Positions 10,541 to 20,578 of a stretch of 64,000 nt of DNA are shown here, piece after piece. The notes below the pieces were generated by a model. That model was given only the letters and a program-made list of their open reading frames with translations. It was not told the origin of the DNA and ran no database searches. The stretch comes from an uncultured delta proteobacterium (lineage in GTDB: Bacteria; Myxococcota_A; Polyangia; Fen-1088). The position numbers were made by a program, and so were the translations under genes. The stretch's first letter is position 1. The number at the start of each line of letters is the position of its first letter. The stretch covers positions 224,001 to 288,000 of the forward strand of contig CAVTRY010000023.1 in assembly GCA_963737265.1 (NCBI GenBank). The letters are read 5' to 3'.

Positions 10541-13500
10541 TTGCCCATCCGTTCTTTCTTAGCAAGCCACCGCTACCTTCGGCGACTGTTGCTCGTCAGC
10601 GTGGTGGCGGGCGCGCTTTTCACCGTCCTCGGATTCCTCGTGATTCCAGCCCTGGCCCGCAGCATTGGCCAACGCAAACTCTCCGAGTTCCTGCATCGCC
10701 AGGTCACGATCGAATCGCTGCGATTCAATCCCTATGCTCTCTCGGCCACCATCCGGGGGCTACGCATTCGCGACCGCGACGGCGCGCGCGACTTGTTCAC
10801 GCTCAAAGAAGCGTACGTCAACCTGCAACTCGCCTCGCTCTTCAAGGGCGGCGTGGTGGTCAAACAAGTGCGCGTGGTGGAACCGACCGTCAGCTTGGTT
10901 CGTGTTGGCGAGGATCGTTACAACTTCTCGGATATCTTGGACGACCTGGCGAAAATGCCGCCCGCTCCGCCGCCGCCCGCGGACGCCAAGCCGGCGCGCT
11001 TCTCGCTGAGTAACCTTGAACTCACGAATGGCCATATCGAACTCGACGACCGATTCAAGGCGACCCACCACACTATCGCGAACCTCAACATCAGCGTTCC
11101 CTTCGTCTCCAATTTTCCCTACCTGGTCGAGACCTTCGTCCAGCCGGCTTTCTCGGCCACCATCAACGGCACTCGCCTTGCCATCCAGGGCAGCACCAAA
11201 CCCTTTTCCGATTCGCGCGAGTCTTCGATCAACGTCAATCTGGTCAAGGTCGACCTGCCTCACTACTTGGCGTACTTGCCGCTCAAGCTGAAGATGAAGC
11301 TGCGCTCGGCAATCTTGGACACCAGTTTGAAGGTGACCTTCATCCAGTACCCTGACCATGCACCCCGCGTGGACGTGGCCGGTGGCGTGGCGCTGTCCGC
11401 CTTGGACATCGTCGACGACAAGGATCGTCCGCTGGTGAAGCTGCCGCTCCTCGACATCGCCATCAACTCGTCGGATCTGCTGTTCGACAGAGTTGCGCTT
11501 GGGCATGTCCTGCTGCAGTCGTTGGCGGTTCACGTGCGGCGCGGCGCCAAGGGTGAACTGCAATTTCAGTCGTTGCTCGCGACCCTAGCGCCGTCCGCGC
11601 CCACGCCTTCCGGCGCAAAGAAGACCAAGGACAGCAGCGCACCGCCCTGGGACATCACTGCCGACGAGTTCAAGCTGGATGGCGCGAAGATCGTCTTCAC
11701 CGACGATTCCAACGCGCGCCCCTTCAAAACCATCGTCGATCCGCTGACGGTAACCCTGCGCAACTTCACTACTGCCCCGGGCGGCCAGGCGCAACTCGCG
11801 CTATCGGCGACCACCGATGCCGGCCTGCAGCTGCGCGTCGCCGGCCGCCTCGGTGCGGAGCCGATGTCGTTCGAGGGCAGCGTGGACTGCAAGGGTGTTG
11901 CCCTGGCCAGCTTCGCACCCTATTACGCGTCTCAGATCTTGTTCGACGTGAGGCAGGGAACACTCGATTGCAATATTCCGCTGCGACTCGGCCGCAAAGG
12001 CAGGGCCATGGAATTGTCCGTGAGCGGCCTGCGCGCCGATGTGCGCGACCTGCAACTGCGCCGCCGTGGTGACCAGGAAGACTTCTTTCGCCTGCCCGAG
12101 TTTTCCCTGCGCGAGACCAACCTCGATCTTGCCCGCCGCGAAGTCGTTCTCGGCGACATCGCCACCGCGGGGGCACGTATTCGTCTCGAACGCGGCAGCC
12201 TGACCCAGCTTTGGAATCTGGAGACTCTGCTGCCGGTGCCGCCTGCTCCCCCGCGCAGCGTGCCCGCGCCCCTTGCGGCCAGCGCCGACCTCGAACGCAA
12301 GGAAGCGCCGTTTACGGTCACCGTGCGCAAGCTGGATGTGAAAGACTGGGCGGTGCACGTGGAAGATCGCGCCCCGCGCACGGCCGCCATCACCAACCTC
12401 GACCGCATTGGCATTCGCGTTGACGGCCTCGGCACCGCGCACGGGCAGCAGGGGCGGGTGACGGTGCAAGCCCGGTTGAATCAGACCGGTTCCATCCATG
12501 TTGCCGGCAGCGTGGGCCTCACGCCGCTGCAAGCCGATGTGCAGCTGAAACTGAAGACGATTCCCATCGTGCCGCTGCAGCCGTACTTTCAGGACAGCGT
12601 GGCGCTGTTGCTGACCAGCGGTCACGTCGGGGCAATTGGTCGTGTGGTGCTCACCAGCGGAGCCAAGGGACCCATGGTCAACTACAAGGGTGAATTCGTT
12701 GTCGGCGACGTGGTGGCGGTCACCCCCGGCAGCGGCGAGGAACTGGCACGCTTGGGCGAACTCCACGCCAGCGGCATCGATGCCACCACCCTGCCGTTCA
12801 AGCTGAACATTGCCGAGATCGCCATCGGCGACTATGGCGCGCAGGTAGTGATCAACCCCGACAAAACCATCAACCTGGCGTCCCTCGTTTCAAGCTCCAG
12901 CAAGGGCGCCACCAAGCCCGCCGCTCCACCAGAAAAGCAAACGACGGTCCCCGCAACCAAGGCCGACGAGGCGCCGTCACCCGTCGTTCATGTGGGAGCC
13001 GTCGTCCTGCGCGGAGGCAACATCCGCATGACGGATCGGTCGATCCATCCGGCCTTCAACACCACCCTCGGCGATCTCGGCGGTCGCATCGCCGGGTTGT
13101 CGTTCGAGGAGTCCGAGCGCGCCTCGGTGGAAATCCAGGGGAAGCTGGGCAACGGCCCGCTGGAAATCGCCGGTCGCATGAACCCGCTGGCCAAAAAGCC
13201 GTTCATCGATCTGGCCGTGAAGGTGTCGGACGTCGATCTCTCGGCGATGACGCCCTATGCGGGAAAGTACGCGGGCTACGCGGTCGAGAAGGGACAGCTT
13301 TACCTTGATCTGAAGTACCTCATCGAGGCCCGCCGGCTGGAGGCCAAGAACGACGTGAAGTTGTCCCAGTTCACCTTCGGACAATCGATTGAGAGCAAAG
13401 ACGCAACCCATTTGCCGGTGCGCCTGGCCGTGTCGCTGCTTAAAGATCGCCACGGCGTGATCCACCTGGATTTGCCGGTCAGTGGCTCTCTCGACGATCC

Positions 13501-14167
13501 GAAATTCAGCGTTTGGGGCGTGGTGGTCATGGTGCTCGAAAACCTTCTCGTCAAGGCCGCCACCTCGCCTTTCGCCCTCATCGGATCGCTGTTCGGGCAA
13601 GGCGAGGAACTGTCGTGGATCGAATTCGAACCTGGTCGCGCCGACGTCCCGCCGGCCGAGCGCACGAAGGTCGAAACCTTGGGCAAGGCATTGTTCGAAC
13701 GACCGGCGTTGCGACTCGAGGTGGAGGGCCACGCCGATCCGGCGCGTGACCTTGAAGCCCTTCGCTGGCTGGAATTGCAGCGCAAGGTGAAGGCGCAGAA
13801 GGTGAAGGAAACCGTCGCTGGCGGCAACGAGGCAAGCGCAAATATCGCCGTGAGCGAGGCCGAGTATCCCAAGTACCTGAAGCTGGCCTACCGCGCCGAC
13901 GAGAAGACCGTCAAACCCAAGAACGCGCTTGGCATGGTCAAGGACATCCCCACCAGCGAAATGGAACGCCTGATGTTGGCCGCCATCACGGTCAGCCAGG
14001 ACGATCTTCGCTTGCTGGCCCGCCAACGCGCCCAAGTCGCGCGCGAGCAAATCCTGCGGGCACGAAAGATCGAGACCGAGCGTGTGTTCCTGGTGGAACC
14101 CAAGACCATCCAGCCCGACCCCAAGAAAATGGTCAGCAACAGCCGCATCGACTTTCGCCTGCGGTAG
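10541..14167 (+). CDS. DUF748 (AsmA-like) protein with C-terminal OmpA-like segment
   Basis: N-terminal TM; repeated beta-rich modules; LPVRLAVSLLKDRHGVIHLDLPVSGSLDDPKF; ERPALRLEVEG. Confidence 0.85.
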   Translation: MPIRSFLASHRYLRRLLLVSVVAGALFTVLGFLVIPALARSIGQRKLSEFLHRQVTIESLRFNPYALSATIRGLRIRDRDGARDLFTLKEAYVNLQLASLFKGGVVVKQVRVVEPTVSLVRVGEDRYNFSDILDDLAKMPPAPPPPADAKPARFSLSNLELTNGHIELDDRFKATHHTIANLNISVPFVSNFPYLVETFVQPAFSATINGTRLAIQGSTKPFSDSRESSINVNLVKVDLPHYLAYLPLKLKMKLRSAILDTSLKVTFIQYPDHAPRVDVAGGVALSALDIVDDKDRPLVKLPLLDIAINSSDLLFDRVALGHVLLQSLAVHVRRGAKGELQFQSLLATLAPSAPTPSGAKKTKDSSAPPWDITADEFKLDGAKIVFTDDSNARPFKTIVDPLTVTLRNFTTAPGGQAQLALSATTDAGLQLRVAGRLGAEPMSFEGSVDCKGVALASFAPYYASQILFDVRQGTLDCNIPLRLGRKGRAMELSVSGLRADVRDLQLRRRGDQEDFFRLPEFSLRETNLDLARREVVLGDIATAGARIRLERGSLTQLWNLETLLPVPPAPPRSVPAPLAASADLERKEAPFTVTVRKLDVKDWAVHVEDRAPRTAAITNLDRIGIRVDGLGTAHGQQGRVTVQARLNQTGSIHVAGSVGLTPLQADVQLKLKTIPIVPLQPYFQDSVALLLTSGHVGAIGRVVLTSGAKGPMVNYKGEFVVGDVVAVTPGSGEELARLGELHASGIDATTLPFKLNIAEIAIGDYGAQVVINPDKTINLASLVSSSSKGATKPAAPPEKQTTVPATKADEAPSPVVHVGAVVLRGGNIRMTDRSIHPAFNTTLGDLGGRIAGLSFEESERASVEIQGKLGNGPLEIAGRMNPLAKKPFIDLAVKVSDVDLSAMTPYAGKYAGYAVEKGQLYLDLKYLIEARRLEAKNDVKLSQFTFGQSIESKDATHLPVRLAVSLLKDRHGVIHLDLPVSGSLDDPKFSVWGVVVMVLENLLVKAATSPFALIGSLFGQGEELSWIEFEPGRADVPPAERTKVETLGKALFERPALRLEVEGHADPARDLEALRWLELQRKVKAQKVKETVAGGNEASANIAVSEAEYPKYLKLAYRADEKTVKPKNALGMVKDIPTSEMERLMLAAITVSQDDLRLLARQRAQVAREQILRARKIETERVFLVEPKTIQPDPKKMVSNSRIDFRLR

Positions 14168-14321
14168 GCTAACCCGGGCTGGCGGGTAGGCGACGAGATC
14201 GCTGTCCTGCTCTTCTCGAAAACTCGCTCCAGGGAGGGGCATCAGCTTCGGCCAGGATTGCCGGGTGGCCGGTCGGTGTGGCACCCTTGCGTCTTTCAGG
14301 TGCGACTACACGGAGGACAAG

Positions 14322-14645
14322 ATGAGCGAGATCATTCGCTTCGGCGTTTCGATGGATGAAGACCTGCTGGGGCGATTCGACCGGCTGTGCAAGCGGCGCA
14401 AGTATCAGAACCGATCGGAGGCACTCCGCGATCTGGTGCGCGACGCCCTGGTGCGCGAGCAATGGCAGGGCGACGAGGAGATCGTCGGCACGATCACGCT
14501 CATCTACGACCATCACACACGCGAGCTTTCCGACAATCTCACGCACATGCAACACGACCACTTTGACGCCATCCTCTCGAACCTCCATGTTCATCTGGAC
14601 CATAACAACTGTCTGGAGGTCATCGCTGTGCGTGGCAGTGCTTCC
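14322..14645 (+). pseudogene. nikR: Nickel-responsive regulator NikR, 3'-truncated
   Basis: MSEIIRFGVSM...NRSEALRDLVR...YDHH...HVHLDHNNCLEVIAVRG; normal C-terminus is missing and the frame reads into unrelated sequence. Confidence 0.8.
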
Positions 14646-14735
14646 TTGGAACGACAATGCGGACGGCGGAGCCAGCCTTCTGGCCGGCCCGCGAGCGCAT
14701 CCCCAGATCTCATGCCAGGCGGCGCGCATCCCCGG

Positions 14736-15134
14736 CTATCTCGACCTCTTCGTCGCGGTGACGAGGTACTGGTCGGCATCGTCGATGCTCGCCCGCACCT
14801 CGTAGCCAGCCGCCGTGAGCGTCGCAGCGGTCTCGGCAGCCGGAGGGAGAAGATCGGCGCAGATGGGATCCCCGGCGGCGGCGTGAATCTCATTGATCTT
14901 CTGACGCGAGATCAGGTGCCAGATGTGCAGGTGGCCACCCGGACGCAGCACTCGCGCCAATTCGCCGAGCGCGCCATCTCGGTCGCGCAGGTGGGGCCAG
15001 ACCGAGAAGCAGATGATCCGGTCGGCTGCGCTGTCAGCGAGTGGCAGAGCCTCGGCGCTTCCCACGTGCCACGTCACGCGTAAGTCTCGCACCTTGGCAC
15101 GGGCGACCTCGATCATGCGCGGCGAGATGTCCAC
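14736..15134 (-). pseudogene. Class I SAM methyltransferase, N-terminus missing
   Basis: VDISPRMI...AEALPL...ELARVLRPGG; motif I absent, in-frame stop just upstream. Confidence 0.7.
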
Positions 15135-15149
15135 TTCACTTCAAGCCTG

Positions 15150-16931
15150 GGGTGGGTTGCACGGGTCCGGGTTTCATGACTGGGCGGCCTGGGCTTGGGT
15201 GTGAGGCCAGAGGGCGAGCCAGGCCCCCGGGTTGTAGAAGGCAACCCTGAGCGCGACCATGGCTTCAAGGCCGACCTCGCTCCAGAGCATGCCGCCTTGC
15301 TTGCAGCGCCGGCCGACGAGGCGCTTGTTGGTGCTTTCGATGGCGGCACTGGCCAGCGGATAGCCGGCAGCGTGGTATGCGGGGTAGTCCATCATGTGCT
15401 TGTGGCGGCTCAGGTAGCCGGTCAAGTCGTCGAGGGCTTTGACCGCTTGGCTGCCGGTGGAGCGCTGCCGCTCTTGGGCGAGGCCCGAGAGCACCTGGTC
15501 GACCTTGCCGTCCATGATGGCCTCGGTACGTGGCAAGACCCAAGATGGCACTGCTTTCTTGTCCGGCACGACCTTGTGACCTGCCTCCCAGACATGCTGC
15601 TTGGCGTGCTGGCAGTCGAGGATGCCAAGCAACGGCTGGTCGCAGAAGATCTCGTCGCTGTGCTCGATGAAGTAAGCGCCACCGTCGGAGACACGGACTA
15701 CCTTCTGGCGAGACAGCACGCCCTGGGTCGTGGCGGCGGCGTGCAGCTTGTGCCAAAAGCCGTCTCGGTCGTTGAGTGTTGCGACGTAGCGCCGGTCCAG
15801 CAAGACGCCTCGGCCGGGGCTCTCCTCGCAGGCGTGTTCCCCGAGGTAGGTCAGTCCCATGCACACCTCGCGGCCGGCGACCCGTGGTGAGCGCCCGGTG
15901 GGCCCCATGGGCGAGCCAGCGACCTCGGACAGGGTACTCGGCGCCTGATGGCGAAGGGCACGTTCGCCGGTCTCGCTGACCGCTGCCGACTGTGTGGCGT
16001 TCGGGACCGCAGACGGCGCCTTCGCCTCGTCGGTCGCTTTGCGCCGTGGCTCTTGTCCTGGTTTCCAGGTCAGGACGTGAACACCGTCAACCTCGATCAC
16101 GCCGAAGCCCTCTGTACGCTTGGGCGCACACAGGTCACCGCGAGCCTGGGCGTGCACCTGTTGGTCGTACTTGCTCCAATGGGCTTCGGCATCGGCCTGG
16201 GCGGCCTGGGCGGCACGCGTTCCATCTTCGGTCACCCATCGCTTGGCGGTGCTCCCGTCGGGAGCCACGGCCCACAGGTAACGGAGTTCCTCGACGGCCT
16301 CGTCGAAGCTGCCCATCCGGCAGGCCAGCCTTTCGGTCGCCTCGCGCACATCGTCGGCGTATTCGCCCGCAGGAAGGCCCCAAGCCTCGTCAAAGGCAAA
16401 CCAGCTGCGGCCGCAAACACACTCGTTGCGTCGACGATCGGCTTCCACCCGACCGAATCTCGCCACGAACGTCGTTCTCTCAAATCCTCTGGATTTGGCT
16501 TGCTTTCCACAGGTGCAGACTTGTCCAGGTCCATGAGCCCGCGCGGCCTGCTGGATGACCAGTTCCATGGCTCTTCGGCCCACAGTCGACAACGTCGTCG
16601 CCAGCGCAGCCCCCAGCGTCGCCACGGACATGCCATCGCCGCGCAGCGCTTGTTGTTCGAGCTCGTTCAATTTCTGGACGAGCGGTTCCAGAGCCTGCAA
16701 AGTCAATCCTGCGACATTGGGTCGTCTCATGGCGGTGCCTCCTTCTTGGATAGCTGAAGGCATCGCCATGAATCTCCTTCCTACGCAAATTCCTTCCATT
16801 TTGGGAACCACGCCAGGGCCCGTTTTCCGAGCGCGCCACCCACCAACTCGCCCTCGAATCAACGTCCCGTAGCGCGCTCGGAAAACGGGCCCTTCAGCCG
16901 CCACCAGAACCCGGGCCCGTGCAACCCACCC
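15150..16931 (-). mobile_element. ISKra4/ISLre2-like insertion sequence
   Basis: IRs GGGTGGGTTGCACGGG(T/C)CCGGGTT; 9-bp target duplication TCAAGCCTG (15141-15149, 16932-16940). Confidence 0.9.
15174..16730 (-). CDS. UPF0236/ISKra4-type DDE transposase
   Basis: EVDG, SDGG, LDCQHA, SAAIESTNK..R.KQGGMLWS; CxC zinc-binding cysteines. Confidence 0.85.
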   Translation of the reverse strand: MRRPNVAGLTLQALEPLVQKLNELEQQALRGDGMSVATLGAALATTLSTVGRRAMELVIQQAARAHGPGQVCTCGKQAKSRGFERTTFVARFGRVEADRRRNECVCGRSWFAFDEAWGLPAGEYADDVREATERLACRMGSFDEAVEELRYLWAVAPDGSTAKRWVTEDGTRAAQAAQADAEAHWSKYDQQVHAQARGDLCAPKRTEGFGVIEVDGVHVLTWKPGQEPRRKATDEAKAPSAVPNATQSAAVSETGERALRHQAPSTLSEVAGSPMGPTGRSPRVAGREVCMGLTYLGEHACEESPGRGVLLDRRYVATLNDRDGFWHKLHAAATTQGVLSRQKVVRVSDGGAYFIEHSDEIFCDQPLLGILDCQHAKQHVWEAGHKVVPDKKAVPSWVLPRTEAIMDGKVDQVLSGLAQERQRSTGSQAVKALDDLTGYLSRHKHMMDYPAYHAAGYPLASAAIESTNKRLVGRRCKQGGMLWSEVGLEAMVALRVAFYNPGAWLALWPHTQAQAAQS

Positions 16932-17011
16932 TCAAGCCTGGGGCTTGAAGCTTTGGGGCGATAGCGAGAACCTTCGATGCCCTGGCTCGAACCTACCAGC
17001 CGACGGCTCGT

Positions 17012-17206
17012 CGGAGAACGTTCCAGATCGACACCATCTGCCCGCGCTGCAAGACTCCTCTTCGCCTCATCGCTCTCATCAAGACCGAGGACACGATAAT
17101 GAAGATCCTCTCCGCCATGGGTTTGCCCACTGAGGCACCCAAACTCTTTCCTGCGCGACCACCTCCCTCTCAATCTGGCGGCGATGGTGGAGACTGGCTG
17201 AACTGT
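17012..17206 (+). pseudogene. IS91-like transposase C-terminal remnant
   Basis: RRTFQIDTICPRCKTPLRLIALI...ILSAMGLP..P...PARPPP..GGDWLN. Confidence 0.6.
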
Positions 17207-17274
17207 GGTACCGGCAAGATTTTGGCTGATTTGACCTCACCCACGGGCGACTTGGTCGAGTGGGAGGTTCAAGA

Positions 17275-17669
17275 GTGAAAATTCTGCTCGATACGCACAT
17301 TTGGATTTGGAGTCATCTGGACCCGTCCAGGATCAACAAGCGCCTGACCCAGGCTTTGCTCGATCGGGCCAACGAGTTGTGGCTTTCGCCCATCAGCCTG
17401 TGGGAATGCACGGTGTTGGCTGGCAAGAAGCGCTTGGCCCTGAGGGATGGACCGAGGCATGGATTGCCACTGCGCTGGCGGCGGCGCCAATGCATGAGGC
17501 GCCCTTGAACAACGAGGTGGCCCTCACCAGCCGCGCGGTCAAAGTTGAACATGACGACCCCGCTGACAGGTTTCTTGCAGCTACCGCAGCCGTTTACGAT
17601 CTTGTGCTTGCAACCGCGGATTCGCGGCTCCTGCGGGGCACAGGATTCAAGACCCTCGACAACAGATAA
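17275..17669 (+). pseudogene. VapC/PIN toxin, frameshifted near 17450, preceded by a probable antitoxin 3' remnant
   Basis: MKILLDTHIWIW...SPISLWE in one frame, HDDPADRFLAATA...TAD in another. Confidence 0.75.
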
Positions 17670-17698
17670 ATGACCAGCGCGTGCTGGCCGGCGCCGAC

Positions 17699-17794
17699 CT
17701 AAAGCCGCACAAGACTTGCAACCTCGATGTTCCAGCACGAGCTTGTATCGTAGATGACCTCCAGCCCGTTCGCGTTGGCGAGACCGAAAGATAT
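17699..17794 (-). repeat. Degenerate copy of the effector 3' tip (after paralog 4)
   Basis: ISFGLANANGLEVIYDTSSCWNIEV matches the 27580-27795 tip. Confidence 0.8.
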
Positions 17795-17796
17795 TG

Positions 17797-19035
17797 TCAG
17801 TAGGCAATCAGCAGCCAGTCGCCTTCGCTGCTCTGGCCGATGGCGAAGCGGGGGCGTTTGAACTTCGTTCGCTGCAGTTGGAGAAGAATTTCTCTTATCT
17901 CTACCTTGTTTTCGGCAATGATGTTTCCGTGTTCCGTAACGCTCGAAAATTTCCTGCAGCTGTTGTCGTGAAAGAGCACTTGCGCTGCCCAAGTAGGAGC
18001 TACGACCTCGCCTCCAAAGTCTGCCAATTTGCGCTTCCAGACTGTCTCCAACCCACGATTTGTTCGGAAGAGAACCGTGTCATCTCTTTCATCGCTGATT
18101 TTCCAAAAGAGGAAATCACTGCCCCGAGAGGCGAACGGCAGACTTGTAGGTGCCCGTTCCGTTTCGTACCTGGTGCGGACCAACCCCCCCCATCGCGGTA
18201 TGCCAGTCGGATCTTGAGGGCTCTTGCCTTTGGACCAGAACCATTCCCGCTTCGTGTTCATCCACGAAAGCGCCTTTTGCACTACGACGGCTCCCCGTGT
18301 GTCGAGAACAGTTGCTGTCGACGGCCAGACCTCGTCGAACAGGCCAGGTACATTGCCATAGGGGTAGATCTCCTTGAAGGCCTCGATGAGGAGTAGATCC
18401 CCCGCTTCGGAGGCTATCGCTCCAGTCTGATCGAGCTGGAGCCCGCACGAACAGGGTTGTTTAGCGTCTCCTGCCGAATCGGGGCAGCGCGGTTTGTCGA
18501 TAGCGGCCAAGGGGCGCGACTTTTCCACCGACTCGCGGCCATCAAGATCGAAATAGGAAACGACCTTATCGCTCACCACCCACAGCCCGGTGGGACTTGA
18601 CCGATAGAGCGTAGTCTTCGTGGCCTGAACGACGAATGACCGAGCCCGGCCCTTGTGCAGAGTCCCGGTATCGATTTCGACGACCTCGCTGGCACTCGCT
18701 ACGACGAAGCGGTTGCCAAAGACCTGCCCGGTCTTGACCTCGCCGACGATGTCGAGAGGGCTTCGTCCCAGCTCGTGCCCCTCTCTGTCCCAAAGCATGA
18801 GAGCGAGGGCATCCGTTTCCAGGTTCTTCACAATGGCCAGGATCTTGCCCCCGGGCAAGGGATAGACCGGCGGTATGAACTCGCCTTGCACCTGCCAGCT
18901 TGCCTGCCATCCCGTGAGCTGCAGTCGTTGGCTCAGACCACGCACCGTCACTCGATTCTCTTCGGCGCGAACATTGCCCGTCATGATAAGTCCTGCAAAT
19001 ACGAGTCCAGCAAATACGAGGATCGCACATCGCAT
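17797..19035 (-). CDS. Putative secreted immunity protein, paralog 4 (subtype I)
   Basis: Signal peptide ending VRA-EENRVTVRGLS; ends RPRFAIGQSSEGDWLLIAY; closely resembles 26348-27565. Confidence 0.75.
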   Translation of the reverse strand: MRCAILVFAGLVFAGLIMTGNVRAEENRVTVRGLSQRLQLTGWQASWQVQGEFIPPVYPLPGGKILAIVKNLETDALALMLWDREGHELGRSPLDIVGEVKTGQVFGNRFVVASASEVVEIDTGTLHKGRARSFVVQATKTTLYRSSPTGLWVVSDKVVSYFDLDGRESVEKSRPLAAIDKPRCPDSAGDAKQPCSCGLQLDQTGAIASEAGDLLLIEAFKEIYPYGNVPGLFDEVWPSTATVLDTRGAVVVQKALSWMNTKREWFWSKGKSPQDPTGIPRWGGLVRTRYETERAPTSLPFASRGSDFLFWKISDERDDTVLFRTNRGLETVWKRKLADFGGEVVAPTWAAQVLFHDNSCRKFSSVTEHGNIIAENKVEIREILLQLQRTKFKRPRFAIGQSSEGDWLLIAY

Positions 19036-19047
19036 GGCTACAGAGCC

Positions 19048-19443
19048 CTATCGGTAGGGGGCGAATTGGCGACGCCACGAAAAGTTCGGGGCTTCGTTAT
19101 CGTGGAGGAGACCATCTGTCGGCTCTCACGGTATATCTGAGTGCCTTCCCACTCGGATTCACCAGGGAGCGGCGCATCTCTCTCGCTCTGGCCCACCTAT
19201 TCGCCAACCCATAGGGGGCGCGCAGCGGCGGTCAAGGGCGCGCAGCGGCTCGCGAAGCGAGCGAACCCTTGACGGCTGCGAGCACCCCCGCACGATTGCC
19301 GAATGTGGGACGCGGGTGCCCGTCCGCCCTTGGGTGTCCGTGATAATCCACCCGGTGGATCACGAAATAGCGTGATATCCAACACCAGCATTCTCACCAT
19401 AAGTCGTAGATGTCCTCCAGCCCATTCGCGTTGGCGAAACCGG
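19048..19443 (-). repeat. Effector 3' tip copy with internal deletion and MITE insertion
   Basis: GFANANGLEDIYDL/GENAG [insert] LLHDNEAPNFSWRRQFAPYR*. Confidence 0.8.
19117..19384. mobile_element. 268-bp non-autonomous element (MITE-like)
   Basis: TGT...ACA ends with imperfect IR (TGTCGGCTCTCACGGTAT vs TGTTGGATATCACGCTAT); flanks CCATC/CCAGC; internal GTCAAGGG...CCCTTGAC hairpin. Confidence 0.65.
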
Positions 19444-19729
19444 CATCAATACGCGATCAGCAACCAATCTCCCTCGGCACTCTGACCGATGGCGAAACGG
19501 GGTCGCGCGCCTCGCGTGGCGTCCTGTTCTAGATAAATCTCTCGGATGGGCACGGTCGCCTCGACCTTGTGCCCCCCGCGATCAGAAATACTTGAGAACC
19601 GATAGCGGCTATCGTGAAGAAGAATTGACGATGTCCACGATGGCGAGATGAAGATCTGACCTGGGAAATCCCGTAGGCTGCGTTCCCACGAGATGCTGGA
19701 CGTCAACTACATTCACCCGGTGACGTCAA

Positions 19730-20578
19730 TTACATCGCCCCATTGTTGTCGGGGGTAGTTGTCGTTGGTTGATCGGTAGTTGTCGTAGTTGTCGCTGGGG
19801 TGGTGACGCCTCTCTTTCGTGCTTCTTCGCTGCGGTAGCTGGGGCCGGTCATCTCAAGGATGACCGCGTGGTGGACCAGTCGGTCGATGGCGGCGGCGGT
19901 GGTCATGGGATCCTTGAAAATGCGGATCCAATCGCTGAAGACCAGGTTGCTGGTGATGAGGACGCTCTTGCGTTCGTACCGCTCGGCCAGGAAGGTGAAA
20001 AGGACCTCCATTTCATCGCGGCTCTGCTGGACGTAGCCGATGTCGTCGAGGATCACGGCGTGATAGATGTCGAGCGCGGCCAGTTCTCGTTCCAGGCGAA
20101 GGTCGCGCTTGGCGGCCAGCAGCCTCTGGACAAGCGCGAAGGTCGGCGTGAAGAGGACCCGGTAGCCGCGCCGGATGAGTTCGTGGCCGATGGCAGCCAC
20201 AACGTGACTTTTGCCTCGGCCGGGCAGTCCGAAGACGAGCAGGTTCTCCCCACGTTCGACAAAGCCACCCTCACACAGGCTCGCCATCTGCTTCATCACC
20301 TTGGGTGACAGCCGACCACGTTCCAGGGTGGCCAGGGTTTTCTCCGTGGGAAGGTCCGAATCGCGAAGCGCGCGATCGATGCGACGGGTTCGGCGCTCTT
20401 CGATTTCCAGTTCGGCCAGGTGCTGGAGGTATTGGCTGAAGGTCCACCCCTCGCGGCTGGCCTTGATCGCGATCTCCTCGGCGTGCCGGGTGAAGGCAGG
20501 CAGCTTGAGCGCGCGCAGAAGCACCAGCAGAGCGTCGAGCGCGCTCGGCTTGACCGTGTCTACGGAGACGTTGGTCAT
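19730..20578 (-). CDS. istB: IS21 helper ATPase IstB
   Basis: GLPGRGKSH, LDDIGY, ITSNLVFSDW, AAIDRLVHHA. Confidence 0.93.
   Translation of the reverse strand: MTNVSVDTVKPSALDALLVLLRALKLPAFTRHAEEIAIKASREGWTFSQYLQHLAELEIEERRTRRIDRALRDSDLPTEKTLATLERGRLSPKVMKQMASLCEGGFVERGENLLVFGLPGRGKSHVVAAIGHELIRRGYRVLFTPTFALVQRLLAAKRDLRLERELAALDIYHAVILDDIGYVQQSRDEMEVLFTFLAERYERKSVLITSNLVFSDWIRIFKDPMTTAAAIDRLVHHAVILEMTGPSYRSEEARKRGVTTPATTTTTTDQPTTTTPDNNGAM

Noticed and set aside
14265-15083. NikR with a novel C-terminal domain
   Set aside because: Read-through into the antisense strand of the methyltransferase fragment.
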